Positions 36,361 through 48,684 of a stretch of 64,000 bases of DNA are shown here, in pieces. The notes under the pieces were generated by a model, which was not told the origin of the DNA, did not search any database, and saw nothing but the letters and a program-made list of their open reading frames with translations. Origin of the DNA: Vicugna vicugna (Eukaryota); NCBI GenBank assembly GCA_013265495.1, contig MU058456.1:496001-560000 (forward strand), in the 5' to 3' direction. Numbering within the stretch: the stretch's first letter is position 1; every line of letters begins with the position of its first letter. The position numbers and the translations under genes were made by a program.

Positions 36361-36869
36361 CCTTGTGGCTTCCCCAAGGTGGCTGGCATAGCGCTCTTCA
36401 CCTCATTTCTCCCACCCTCCATGGGCATCTTCTCATAGGTGGTCATGTCGGGGTGCAGGAAGAGTGACTAAGTTCTCAGCCTTTCAAGAATTCCTTAGGT
36501 GCTTTGAGGACGGCTTGATTCCCAGCAGACAGATTCAAAAAGAAGGTGACACTGACATGACGAATGTTCTTAATTTTAAGCTCATTTTGCACTGCATTTA
36601 TGGCAAAAGCAACCTTAAAAATGATACCTTAAAAAAAAAGTTAATAAAAAAGCCAGCGTAATCTTGAAGGTATTACATAGTATCGGAAGGAAGGATGATC
36701 ATTCTCATGAAAATCACTTTACAGTTTGAGTAATATCTTGGTTTATTAGTTGGAACCCTGATGTGGGGGGGTAGGGACTGGGAGGAGCAAGATCAGAACT
36801 TATTTTTTTTCCTAGCCTGTAATTCTGCTTTCTTAGGATGAATTCCACAGGTATGTTGCAATGGTGTGT

Positions 36870-37040
36870 TGTTTATATTTGTTGGTATAATTCACATACC
36901 ATAAAATGTACCCTTTTTTAGCATACAATTCAATTTTTAATAGAGTTGTGCAGCCGCCACCATAATCTAATTTTCAATCATTTCTCAAAGATCTTTCATG
37001 CCCATTTGCAATCGCGCCCTGTTCATGCAGCCAATGGAAT
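36870..37040 (-). mobile_element. Old L1 (L1MB/ME) 3' terminus
   Basis: GGTATAATTCACATACCATAAAATGTACCCTTTTT...AGAGTTGTGCAGCCGCCACCATAATCTAATTTT. Confidence 0.75.
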
Positions 37041-37499
37041 GGTTCTGTTATGCTTAGGAATGTCCTAAGTTGAGCAATAGCCACTCATTTTTTAAATATA
37101 AAAGATCAAATCTGGAAAATACTGTGTTCATCTATGCTCCAGTTTGAACTCTTTAGGTAATGATAAAATAGGAGCTGTCCTGGAACATAAAGATCATAAT
37201 ATTTTGAGTCACAGACTTTTATAGGAACCTGAAGTGTGAACATATGCTGACACCATCAGCTTGTCCATATTTTTTATAGGGTGCAGGAATGCTGCAGGTG
37301 AGTGAGAAAGGACTGACTTTCATCAACATTCTAATTTTGTTCTGGGGCTAGTGTATTCAAGTTTATGATTAAGACACAGACTTTTTTAGTACTGTTTTTT
37401 TTTTCTGTAACCATTTATATCTCATTTTATTTTGCCACATGTGTCTGGAGTGTCAAAGTCATCCTTCGAAAAGTACACTTTGTGGCACCAGCTCATTTG

Positions 37500-37690
37500 T
37501 TAGTGGATTGAGTGCTTACTAAGTATCAAGTGTGCAGCCTTTGTTTCCTCTTCTGTGAAATGGGGATCTTCACAATGACCTCATGGGTGGTTATAAAGAC
37601 AATAAAGTAATGTATGCAAAGCACTTAGTCATGTTAGTAAAGAAATAACTTTTCAGAAATTAGTAGTCATTATTATAATTAATAACCATC
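37500..37690 (+). mobile_element. MIR SINE
   Basis: GCCTTTGTTTCCTCTTCTGTGAAATGGGGAT...ACCTCATGGGTGGTT...TAATGTATGCAAAGCACTTAG. Confidence 0.75.
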
Positions 37691-38792
37691 ACTCCCTCTA
37701 TAGAACTGTGCCGCAGTTTTCAATTACAGGCAAGATTACGCTCTGGGGCTGCTGTTCGATCCTTCTACATCTCTCTGATGCTCATGGCTCTCTTTCTCAC
37801 TGCTCCTCCACTTGCTTCTTTTGTGTCCCGTGTCTTCTCTTCCTATATGTAAGAATGTTGAGCTCACCGTCATCCAGGGAAACAGAGAAATTTCAAATAT
37901 TTCAGGGTGCTGGGTGCCTTGGAGGAGGGATCACGCAGCCCAGCATGAAGGTTCTGGAGCTTTCTGGTCTAGGATCAAGCCATGAATGTTTGATGACCAC
38001 CAAACCACAGAAACTGCCCTGCCACCATGCTCACAGTTCCTCTGGGGACCTAGTTTTCAGATGGGGACCCATTCCAGAAATGCTCCAGAAACCACCTCTG
38101 GAGAGTGAATATTGGAGGGGCAGACTTCCTGCTTTTTATTTACGTGCAGTAATTTGGAATTATGCTTGCACAAATTCATTTGAGATCATCTAAAGATTAA
38201 ACTTACTGTGTGCTGTCTGCATTTCCCTGTAGCTTCCTTTTTTTTCCTGTTCTTAATGGGTATAGCATGAGCATGTTTAGAATGATAATGCTGGAAACCT
38301 CACCGTAATTAAATATATGTGCTGCTTCAGTTCCACTGAAGTCCCAGGTGGGTTTCTAATCTCTGCTTTATTGCTACATAGGGATTTTTTTTAGAGATAA
38401 AAACAGAAGATACAAATGATAAAAAAAAAACTGAGCCAAATACATAATTATACAGTCAAATGCTATGGTGTGATATTGGGCAGCAAAGTCAAATAATGTT
38501 TCATAGAAACAGTTTCAGGTTCTCCCGAGTCTGCTCTGACACCCCCATTTGCGATACTGTGAAATGAAAACATCGTTGACTACAGAACTGAATTTTCGGA
38601 ATGTGTTCTTATAGCCATATGCCTTGCATTTACCGTTCAATATTATTTAAACTCTGAGCACTCAAAGCTTGCTGATTTTTAATCAGAAGGCATGTTTCCA
38701 TGGTTCCCTTAGAACATTCACTTTGCTGTAATGAAGGGTTAATTGGTCACTCAACCAAAATTGATTAATAAATTCAGAGCCCTTTTGCATGT

Positions 38793-39040
38793 CATAATAG
38801 TAATAGCTACCATTTTTGAATATTTGCAGTGGGTTGGGCAGAGTGTGGAAAGCTTTATGTAGATTATTTGGTGTCATCCTCCAAAGCCTCTTAGAGGTGG
38901 GTACTGTTGTTGTTGTCTCTAGAATATAGGAAGGGAATCAAGGCTTAGTAAGGTGAAGTAACTGTCCCTGGTCACACATGCTGTAAATGGCAGCATCTGA
39001 CTCCAAAGCCCTGTGGCATGAGCGGATGCTCTATGTTGCT
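38793..39040 (-). mobile_element. MIR SINE
   Basis: AATAGTAATAGCTACCATTTTTGAA...AGGCTTAGTAAGGTGAAGTAACTGTCCCTGGTCACACA...TCTGACTCCAAAGCCC. Confidence 0.8.
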
Positions 39041-39044
39041 TTGG

Positions 39045-39222
39045 GTATCCTGAACTATACTTAGTCTAAGAATCAATTGGGGAGTTTAATAGGAAGATTC
39101 CTGGGTGCTGCCCTAACATTAGTAAATTTAGGGGGAGCCCAGGCATCTGCATTTTCAGCAGGCCTCCCGCTGGGACACTGGTGGAGTCTGTCCGGGGACG
39201 TCTGTGAGAAATAGTGCTGTAC
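39045..39222. mobile_element. MER5-family MITE
   Basis: AGAATCAATTGGGGAGTTT...AGATTCCTGGG...GCCCAGGCATCTGCATTTTCAGCAGGC...TGAGAAATAGTGC. Confidence 0.7.
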
Positions 39223-40410
39223 TGTCCCTAGAGTCCTCTGCATCTTTATCTGCACAGAGGGTGTGAGGGGTACACGGAGCTTCATGATCTAATCTCTGCC
39301 TGTGGTGGTGACTGTAATCTCCGCCCAGAGCGGAGAGGACTCCGTGTCACAAGGTGAGCTGGAGGACAGAGCCAAGCCCCAGACTGACCTCTTACTCGTA
39401 ATACCATGTGAAATGGGAGGCCAGTTTTAATAACTCGAAATGTAACTTGAATTCATTGTAAAAGAGGCAGAATTTGGGCTTAATGAAACATGTTATCCTA
39501 TATGTTCTTTTAAGGAGTGTTTATGACTTGTCATAATGAATATTGTTCATAACTTCCTTTTATTGAATGGTATTCTGCAAAAAATGTAGAATTTTCTAGG
39601 AAAGTGTGTATTCTAAGTAATGAGGGAAGGAAGAGTAATTTTTCTGTTCTCTAAAATGATCAGATAACACCCTCAAACTAATGGTTCATAAACATTCTTC
39701 ATCTTCGATTAGTCCATTTCATTCTTCAAACCAGGCATTTTGAATAATTGCCATTATGTGAAAAGGGAATTTAGTTCTTGGGAGATGGTCCAGTGGAATT
39801 CAACTCAGATTTATAAAGAGCCATGGCTGAATTACTCACTGTCTTAAACGTTTTGGCCACAAGGAACTTTACTCTAAGACCTCATTTGAATGTCTAATAG
39901 TAATAGTAATATTAATAGCACTAGAATTTTATCATAATCTGCTACAAGTCAAGAGACTGCAAATGCAGTGTTAGCCTTTCAAAGCTGTTGTAAATTATCC
40001 TTGTAATCACACCCTCCACAAGTCTGAAAGCATTGTGGTGGTCCTGGACGTTCTGACAGGGAGGTTCCAGTCTCTGTGCCTGAACGTGTTTCCCTCTAGG
40101 GAGACCTAAAGAGAGTCCAGTCTCTCTTAAGAAGATAGTAGTAAGAGGCCAGGGCCCTCCTGCTCCTGAATCCCAGTCCCTCCTCATGGAGTTCCGTGAA
40201 CTAGCCCCTAATGTTGAAAGTGCTTGAAAAGGTTGGTCCTTCAGTGGGCTGTCAATAACAGAATGACTAGTACATAACAGGTTCCATCTTGCGGCTCATT
40301 GGTGAGCCCAGACAATTTTCTGGCACCTTACATGGTAATAGGGGAGCCACAGCTGGGTATTCCTCATCCTACACTGAGCTGCCAAGGGGGAGAGGGTGGC
40401 ACTTGGCAGG

Positions 40411-40771
40411 TATATTAGTCTGCTCAGGCTGTTAAAAGACAGTATCATGGAGTGGGTCGCTTAAATAGCAGACACCTATTTGATCACACTTCTGGAGGCT
40501 AGAAGTCCAAGAGGAAGGTTCCGGCATGTTTGCTCTCTTCTGAGGCCTATCTCCTTGGCTTGTAGGTGGCCATCTTGTTCCTTTGTCTTCATATGGTCTT
40601 CCCTCTGTGTCTGTGTTTTAATCTTCTCTTCTTATAAGGACACCAGTCATATTGGATTTAACCTTAATGACCTCTTTAAAGATCCTGTCTCCAAACATGG
40701 TCATGTTCAAGTAACTGGGAGTTAGGACTTCAACATATGAATTTGTGGGGGATGTAATTTTGCCCATAATA
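40411..40771 (-). mobile_element. MLT1B-like MaLR solo LTR
   Basis: TATATTAGTCTGCTCAGGCTG...TTCTGGAGGCTAGAAGTCCAAG...CTTATAAGGACACCAGTCATATTGGATT...GTTAGGACTTCAACATATGAATTT...GCCCATAATA. Confidence 0.9.
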
Positions 40772-40944
40772 GTGGGAAAACTGTTAGATCCGGAGTGATG
40801 GAGACCAAGGGCACTTACTTAATAGAGAACAGTGCCTTTCAAACTCTTCATGGAACCCTATTGTGTTGATTCCCTACGGCTGGTGACTTTCGGTAGCATA
40901 CTTCGTGAGAGAGTTGCTATGAAGACACAACAGTGTTATTGACA

Positions 40945-41150
40945 GTAGTAACAGCTACCATCTGAGTGCCCATAGGTACCAGACCCTTCACTTGATTCTA
41001 GTTCTCCCAGGAAGGGGGCTGGTGTGGTAGATCCATTTTACAGATGAGAAGACTGAAAAGCAAAAAAAAAAAAAATGAAGCTACATTCCTGATCATGCAA
41101 CTACTAAGTGGGATGCAAGCCCAGTTCCGCAAAGCTGTTCCTAGCTTTAG
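40945..41150 (-). mobile_element. MIR SINE
   Basis: GTAACAGCTACCATCTGAGTGCC...CCATTTTACAGATGAGAAGACTGAAA...CAACTACTAAGTGG. Confidence 0.75.
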
Positions 41151-41199
41151 TGCACGGCGTGGCCTCTCAGCATGCTTGTGTTTGTTATTTGTAGAAACT

Positions 41200-41400
41200 G
41201 TGTGGAAGATGGAGGACGAGGTTGGTGTCTTGGCTTAACCGCTAAAGTTTGACCAGCTTGGGTCAAACTTAACTCTCTCTGACCTTCTGTTTCCTGGTTG
41301 GTGAAGTGGTGTGGGGGTTAATTTATCTCTGTCACCAAACGGCTTAAGGATGAGATGAAAGTGAGAACAGGCCTCTCAGAATCCCAGTAGCCTCTCAGTC
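41200..41400 (+). mobile_element. Degenerate MIR SINE
   Basis: ACTTAACTCTCTCTGACCTTCTGTTTCCT...AAGGATGAGATGA. Confidence 0.5.
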
Positions 41401-43719
41401 CTGATGAACTTTGCTGGTCAAGTCAGAATTGCGTGAGTACTCAAAGAATCTGATACTGGAACCCATCTTACCTAACAGACTCTAGCAAGCCACTTGGACT
41501 CTGAGCCTCGGTTCTTTTTCTCTAAAAAGGAAAAGAGTAGTGGCTGGCATGTGGTAACCAATATAGAGTCTTCCAGATTCCTTATCAGGATCCTATTTGC
41601 TGTTGGCTTTCTGCTTTGTGTAAACTTGGCCTTCTGTTTATGAGTGGGAAACATTCATTTTCCCCTGGTCATAGTGAGCTGCGCATTTGGCCGTCACTAA
41701 GGTTTTAGATGGGCTGTCTGTTGCTACCTATTTATTAGCTATTAATCATTTAAACCAACAATAACATCCTAAAAGTTGAGTTTCAGTTGCCATGCATTTC
41801 CTTTGACCACAAGTGAATTTATTTCCTGGGGTGGTGGTAGTGTTTCAAAAAAATTTAAATGATCAGAGGGAAAGAACAACATTAAAAAATGCTGACGTTT
41901 TAAAATAATGAGAAAATGGGATAAATACTAATACTAATTTACCTTGAGAGATAATTATTGGCTGCACAGATAGAAAGTATATCATTTTCTTTACTTGAAC
42001 TCCAATTACTTTTCAAACTCAGGGTTCCCTTTCTTTTATTCTGTTACTTTTTCCCAAAGGCACCCAAAACATTTTTTTGCAGAAATTTTACAGAAATTTT
42101 CTGTGAAATTCTTTTCTTTCTTTTTCTGTTAAAATTGTGAATACTTTTAGAAAAGCACCAAGGATATCCCAGGTAATACCCTGATTTAACTGTTTTTCAT
42201 GTCTTGGTTCCAGATTTTCAAAAAAATTCCCAGTTTTCTGAAGCTTAAAAATCTTTCATTATGCTACATTCTGGGCATCAGAAAACGTATGTTTGGGGCT
42301 TGACTGTGTTACCCTCAGGGATATTGAAGCAACAGAATGGATTTTTAAAGCCAAAATGACATTTATCTAATTCTTTCTCTTTTAGGCTTAATTATTAAAT
42401 AAACTTATAATCAATTATATGAATTCAGTGAAAACTCAGTGAAATTCAGATGAATTTACTGAGATGCAGGTGTACAATGTTGATTTGACATTTGAATTTG
42501 ATGTTTGAGTGCGACATTAAAACCAGTCTCATATCAGCATATTAATGCAGACACTCATTCACCAGAGGCTAAATGTGGACAAAAAGAATCACCAGAGTGT
42601 TTAAAAATCCCGACCTTGTGACTTACTAGCTCTGATTCCTAACTTCACTGAGCCTCTTTTGGCTCTTGGGTGTGTTGCAGTAAAGCGATTTTAAGCTTTA
42701 GAAAATGAAGTGTTCTATCAAGTTGGGTGTCGTACCGGCATGTGAACTGTGAACACTTCCAACCTCACGGCTGACTAGCCTTTTCAAGCTGTATTATTTT
42801 AGTTGCTCTCCATCTAGCTTAACACCCTTGGCTCCAAAAACATAACGGAAGGAACGAGTGCTGGTTTCTGCTGCCTCTCTCCTTCCTTTCCTGAAGCCAG
42901 GCCTTGTGGACTTGGTGTGATGCATTCTGCTGTGGCCCTGCCGATCGCGCTTCAAGTTTACTTCCTTCTACTTCTCTCTGGGTTCATTCATCTTAATTAT
43001 AGGAATGACGTGACCCTCCACTCAGATTCATTCTGATCTTACTTGCCAGAGGAAGCAACGGTGGTTGGTTTTTCCTCAGATGGGGAATTGTGTATTTGTT
43101 TTAAACTCTGCTGTGGTCTTTGGTGTTATGTTTGATAATATCTATCAGGTCAGGGTCAAAGTACTGATACTTTTATTCTTCCTTCACTTGGTAAGAACAA
43201 AAGAGGACCCCGTGGCAGCGTCTGGACCTTGTTAGGGGGGCAGGGCTTTTCTGTGGTCGTTTTCTTTCCCCTTCATCCTTCTTCCCTAGGCATGAGTCCA
43301 CAGACTCTCTTGCATCTTCCTTTGCCCAGTGGAATCACTGTAACTTCTCAACTAAATTCTTACTCTACTTTGGTTAGTATAAAATAATAGACTGCATTTT
43401 TTGTGGGGAAAAAAAAATCTAGGTATAGAGTCTTTTGATTTGCAAAAACATACCATCTTCCTGCTGCTGGAAGCACTGGTTTGTTTTTATTTGCCAGAGA
43501 CCTCCTTCTTCCTGTTTCCGTATCAACTGTTTAGGTCTGGTCCGTGGCCTCCTTATCTTTCTTCCTTTCCCTCACTGTGTGAGAACGGCCAAGCTCTGGG
43601 ATTGCTCCCAGCCAGTGCTTCCCCAAGGGGGACGACTTTTGTGACTCATTTGGATCTAATGATGAAAAAGAAACAAAGAACATTTTCTTTTCCTTGGGGG
43701 GGAAAACCTCATCTTGATG

Positions 43720-44810
43720 TATAGTATTTGGAAAAAAAGTATACGTATTACATGTGACTCTTCTATGAATCTTCCTGGAGTACGTATGCCTGTGTAACCA
43801 GCAGCCGTGTTAAGAGGCTCTTATTCCAGGCACCCCCTCAGCTCCCTGCAAGGCAGTGCCGCTTCCCAGAGATCCCTGCGGTCCTGAGCCCCATCCCTGT
43901 GCATTAGTCAGTCCTGCTTTTGAGCTGCATGTAATGCCCTCACACAGTGTGTCCCACTGTGTCTTGCTTCACTTACCAAATACTGTGAGGGCCGTACTGC
44001 TTGTTGTTATGGTAGTTCGCTCTTTCTCGTTTCTGTGTAGTATCCCCTTGCATGACTTTCCTGTCGCTCCTGTGACAACTTACCACAAAGTCAGTGGCTT
44101 AAAACCCCACGCTTTTGTTCTCTGCCAGATCTGCAGGAGAGAGCGTGACATCATTTCCACGGGCCTGAAGTCAAGATGTGGGCAGGGCTCCTTCCTTCTG
44201 TGGGCTCTGAGGGGAGAATCGGTTTCCTTGTCGTGGCCGGCTCTGCTCTGTGGCTTGTGGCCGCTTCCTCTGTCTTCCAAGAACATCACTCCAGTATTTG
44301 CTTCCTCTTGACATCACTTCTTTTGTAACCAATCTCCCTATGCCTCCAGCTTATAAGAACACTTGTGATTGTATTCAGAGCCCACCTGCATACTCACCCC
44401 ATCTCAACTTAATCACCCGTGCAAAATCCTTTTGCCATGTAAGGTAATGTTCAGATTCCAGGGATTAGGATGTAGAATTTGGGGGGTGGGGCAGCATTAT
44501 TCTCACTGCTGTACCCAAGGTGTGAAGGTACTTCCATTTATTCATTCTGCCATTCATGGACATTTGTGCTGTTTTCAATTTGGAGCTATTATGAATCATG
44601 CAGCCATGCATATTCTTATGCATGTTTTTTTGTGACCATTAAACTTACACATGCACGCACGTATACACACATACACAAAGTCACATTTCCCTTGTGTCTA
44701 TGTCTAGGAGTTGATCATATGTAGGGCGAGTTCAACCCTAGGACTTAATGCCAAACAGTTTTCATTGCACCAACTCAGACCCCTCCTAGAAGTGTAAGAC
44801 AGTGCACTTA
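43720..44810 (-). mobile_element. Old L1 (L1ME-like) 3' end, split by an MLT1 LTR
   Basis: CCTGTGTAACCAGC, GTCCTGCTTTTGAGCTGCATGTAA, CATGGACATTTGTGCTGTTTTCAATTTGGAGCTATTATGAAT. Confidence 0.7.
44049..44513 (-). mobile_element. MLT1C/D-like MaLR solo LTR
   Basis: TTTCCTGTCGCTCCTGTGACAACTTACCACAAAGTCAGTGGCTTAAAAC...TCAAGATGTGGGCAGGG...GCAAAATCCTTTTGCCATGTAAGGTAA...CCAGGGATTAGGA. Confidence 0.85.
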
Positions 44811-45021
44811 TCTTTTTATGTCTTTTTATAAAGAATAGAGCCATAGTTTGAATCTGGCAGCTTTGCTTCAGAATTTAACTCATTTGATAGACCCTATTTA
44901 GACACTTAATATGAAATTCCAAAGTGTGTATGTGTGAGTGGGGTCCTGGGAAACACTACAGGAGAATTGGAGAAATACTGGATCCTGCGGGAGATTTGCT
45001 TGGCAGATGAATACCCCATAA

Positions 45022-47395
45022 CTGAGGACAGTTTATGGTTTCACAGAAAAATTGAGAGGAAGGTACAGAGATTGCTCATATACCCTCTGTCCCTACACAT
45101 GCACAACCTCCTCTATGTCAACATCCCCCACCAGAGTGGTGCATTTGTCACAACTGGTGAACCTACATCGACAGATCATAATCGCCCATAGTCCATAGTT
45201 TACCTAGGATTCACTCTTGGTGCTGTATATTCCATGAGTTTAGATAAATGTATAGAGGGATACATTTACTCTGCCTCACAGATACTGTGTTTTTTACAGA
45301 TTGAATGTTTGGAGTATTAGAAAATGCTTTATTGCTAAAAATGGCAATTTCTTTAGAATTCTATATAAACTTGGTTGGTTAAACAACAGCAGGGTTTGAG
45401 AAAATTGACTCCAATTTTGAAAGAACCTCTAATGTTGGTAAAATGCTATCAAATAGCTATGCATGCTGCAGAGAAATCCTTCTTAAAAGGAAGAGTCAGT
45501 TGATGTGGTAAACTTCACTGTTGTCTTATTTTAAGAAATTGTTGCAGCCACCCCAGCCTTTAGAAACTATCACCCTGTTCAGTCAGCTGCTGTCAACATT
45601 GAGTCAAGACTGTCCACCAGCAAAAAAGATTGTTACTCACCAAAGGCTCAGATGATGGCTAGCATTTTTTAGCAATAAAATAATTTTAAAATTAAAGTAC
45701 ATATGTTTTTTAAACATAATGCTATTGCATATCTGATAAAGTATAGAGCAAACATAACTTTTGTATGCACTGGGTAACTAAAAAATTGATGTGACTTGCT
45801 TTATTGGAATATTTGCTTGATTGCAATGGTCTGAAACTACCTGCAATACCTCTAAGGTAGCCTGTAATAACGTGTATTCATCATTGTAGCATCACACAGA
45901 GTATTCTCACTGCCCTAAAAATCCGGTGCTCGACCTATTCTTCCCTCCCCCCTAACCTGTGGCAACCATTGACCTTTTTACTGTCTCCATAGTTTTGCCT
46001 TTTTGAGAATGTCAGATAGGTTGGATAATACAGTATGTAATATTTTAAGATTGACATTTTTACTTGGTAAGAGGCATTTAAATTTCCTCCATGTGTTTTC
46101 ATGGCTTGATAGCTCATTTTTTTTTAGCACTGAGTAATAATCCATTAACTGGATGTACCCTAGGTTATTTATCCATTTAACTACTGAAGGACATCTTGGT
46201 CCTTCTACATCTGGCAGTTAAGACTAAGGCTACTAAGAACATCTGTGTATAGGTCTTTGTATATATGTAAGTTTTCAGCTTCATTGTTATGTTTATAATA
46301 CCAAGGAGCATGATTGCTGGATCATATAGTAAGAATGTGCTTAGTTTTATAAGAAACTGCCAGACTTTCTTCTGCAATGGCTGTACCATTTTGTATTCCC
46401 ACTTGCAGTTCATGAGAATTCCTGTGGTTTCACATCCTTGTCAGCATTTGGTACTGTCGGTATTTTGGATTTTGGCCATTCTCATAGGTGTGTAGGGGCA
46501 TCTCATTATTTCAATTGTCATTTGCCCGATGATGTCTCATGGGAGCATTGTTGCATATGCTTATTTGCCACTTGTGTATCTTCCTTGGTAAGGTACCTCT
46601 TCAGGTATTGGCCCTTTTTTTAAAAATTGGGTTGTTCTATTATTGTTGAGTTTTAAGATTTCTTAGTACATTTTGGTTAACGGCTCTTCATAAAAAATAT
46701 GTCTTTCATAAATATTTTCTCCCAGTGTGTGGCTTGTCTTCTCATTCTCTTGACATTATCTTTCACAGACAAGAAGTTCTAAATTTTAGTGAAATCCAGC
46801 TTATCAATGATTTGCTTTTTGAATCATGCCTTTGGTGGTGTTTGTAAAATGATCACCATACTGAAGGTCATCTAGGTTTTCTCCTATGTTCTTTCTAGTT
46901 TTAAATTTTTTTGTTTTGCATTTAGATCTATGATCCAATGTGAGTAAATTTTTGTGAACAGTAGAAGGTCTGTGTCTAGATTCATTTTCTTGCATGTAGA
47001 TGTCCAGTTGTTCCAACACTGTTGAAAATACTGTTTTTGTTCCATTGTATTGCCTTTGTGCCTTTGGCAAAGATCAGTTGACTGTATTTATGTGGGTCTA
47101 TTTCCAGCCACTCTCTTTTGTTCCATTGATCTATTTGTCTGTTTTTTCTTTTGCCACTACCATACTATTTTGATTACTATGGTTTTGTAGTAAGTCTTCA
47201 AGTTGGGTTAATGTCAGCCATTAGACTTCGTTCTTATATTTTAAATGTGTTGGCTATTCTGGGTCTTTTGTCTCTCCATATAAACTTTAGAATCAATTTA
47301 TCAGTTACACAAAATAACTTGCTGGGATTTTGATTGAGATTGCATTGAATTTATAGATGAAGTTGGGGAGAACTAACATCCTGCCAGTATTAAGT
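45022..47395 (-). mobile_element. L1MC1-like element (3'UTR and decayed ORF2 end), interrupted by Tigger1
   Basis: 3' end is the reverse complement of the 4600-4860 family; minus ORF 46177-46413 (WEYKMVQPLQKKVWQFLIKL...YDPAIMLLGI) is the L1 ORF2 C-terminal region. Confidence 0.9.
45255..45864 (+). mobile_element. Internally deleted Tigger1-like (TcMar) DNA transposon with TA TSD
   Basis: Left end CAGATACTGTGTTTTTTACAGATTGAA; Tigger1 3' part GCAGGGTTTGAGAAAATTGACTCCAATTTTGAAAGA...TGCAATACCTCTAAGGTAGCCTG; flanked by TA at 45253-45254 and 45865-45866; L1MC1 is continuous across it. Confidence 0.85.
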
Positions 47396-47919
47396 CAGGA
47401 TGACTTTTGCTGAAAAAGTAAAAAGTTGTTACACTTTTCTTTTAGAAATATGAACTAGGTATGTCTTTGAGTACTCTCTCCATAATGTAAAGACTGTCTA
47501 TAGAGAAGTAAAACCCATCAGAAAATGGGTTGAACTTGGTTCTATTTAGTTTTCCTTCAGTGAGGCCTATACTTTTAGGAAAATTGTTTTGTATTACTGT
47601 GATCATGAATTTTGACCCAAGGAGCCCAATAAAAAAATAGCTTCTGTTTGGGAACAGTATTGGTGGGATTCATCTGTAAGTGTTAGCTGCTGGTGTACTT
47701 TTTCTCCATCTGGAGCTTTCCACACATTCTCCCTCTTCTAACTTGTCTCTAAACCAGCCTACAATAGTGGGAGTATCTTGCTTCTTGTTTATTCTTTCTC
47801 TTGGTCTGGTTTTATGTTTTCCCTTGTTTATATTGCCTGATGGTTCTCCTTGTGTTGTACCATCACCAAAGATAAGACTCCTTCCTGCTCTGAGCTCACA
47901 GCCTACCTGGAAGCTACCT

Positions 47920-47973
47920 AGCTCTCCTCCTCTAACAGCTCTCCTCCTCTAACAGCTCTCCTCCTCTAACAGC
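47920..47973. repeat. 17-bp minisatellite, three perfect copies
   Basis: AGCTCTCCTCCTCTAAC at 47920, 47937 and 47954, plus partial AGC. Confidence 0.95.
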
Positions 47974-48582
47974 CCTTTCCCTTTCCTGAGTTAAATACTA
48001 ATCTCCTGCTGGTTGGTGGTCTGGTGGAGAAGGAGGGGCAGGGACTGATGGGGCCATGGGATATGAGTAGGAAAAGCCCAGTGGATATGAGTGGCTAAAA
48101 TTTAGTTTGGAATTTAAAATAGCCAGTGTATGTTGGACATTCTTTCCATAATTACTTTATCCCCCTGCCTTGGGAAATACTGAGTATCAAGCTAGACATG
48201 ATACAGAATATATTGCTCAAATAATATTTTAGATTAATAAGTTTGGGGTTAATTGCTTATCCTCTTTAATTTCCTTTGCATTTCTTATTCACCAGGATCA
48301 AGATCTTCAATAGAATTTTGTTTTTAATTTTATATTTTTTAATGCAAAACTTTCACAATCATGGGAGAAATGGCCTTTTGAGAGAATGTTGTGATGCCTT
48401 TATTAGTGGATTACTTGTCAGTATTTGTCTCTCCCCACAGAAGCTGGTGAGGCTAGTGGAAAATTAGAACTGAGATTCTATTCTGAGGTTGGTGATCTCA
48501 GCTTTAGATCTGAATACTTAGAAATGGGGCCTGAACCAAATGGCCTCCTGTCACTTTTTTTTGGCAGATTCCGCCCCCCCTC

Positions 48583-48648
48583 CAGTTTTGGAGATACAAT
48601 TGACATACAATACTGTCTCAGTTTAGGGTGTACAGTATGATGGTTTAA
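48583..48648 (-). mobile_element. Very short L1 3' tail
   Basis: GAGATACAATTGACATACAATACTGT...TTTAGGGTGTACAGTATGATG, antisense L1MA9/laurasiatherian-type terminus. Confidence 0.6.
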
Positions 48649-48684
48649 ATCACTTCCTGATGTGGTGCAGTTCTCTCTTGGGGA

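Noticed and set aside
37708..38193. 161-aa ORF
   Set aside because: Non-ATG start; Cys/Leu/Ser-rich composition typical of random pyrimidine-rich intron
4166..47395. Inverted pair of L1MC1 copies as long-range dsRNA
   Set aside because: About 40 kb apart and highly diverged, so stable pairing is unlikely
47920..47973. Direct repeats as a possible CRISPR-like array
   Set aside because: No spacers, eukaryotic context, no cas genes; an ordinary minisatellite
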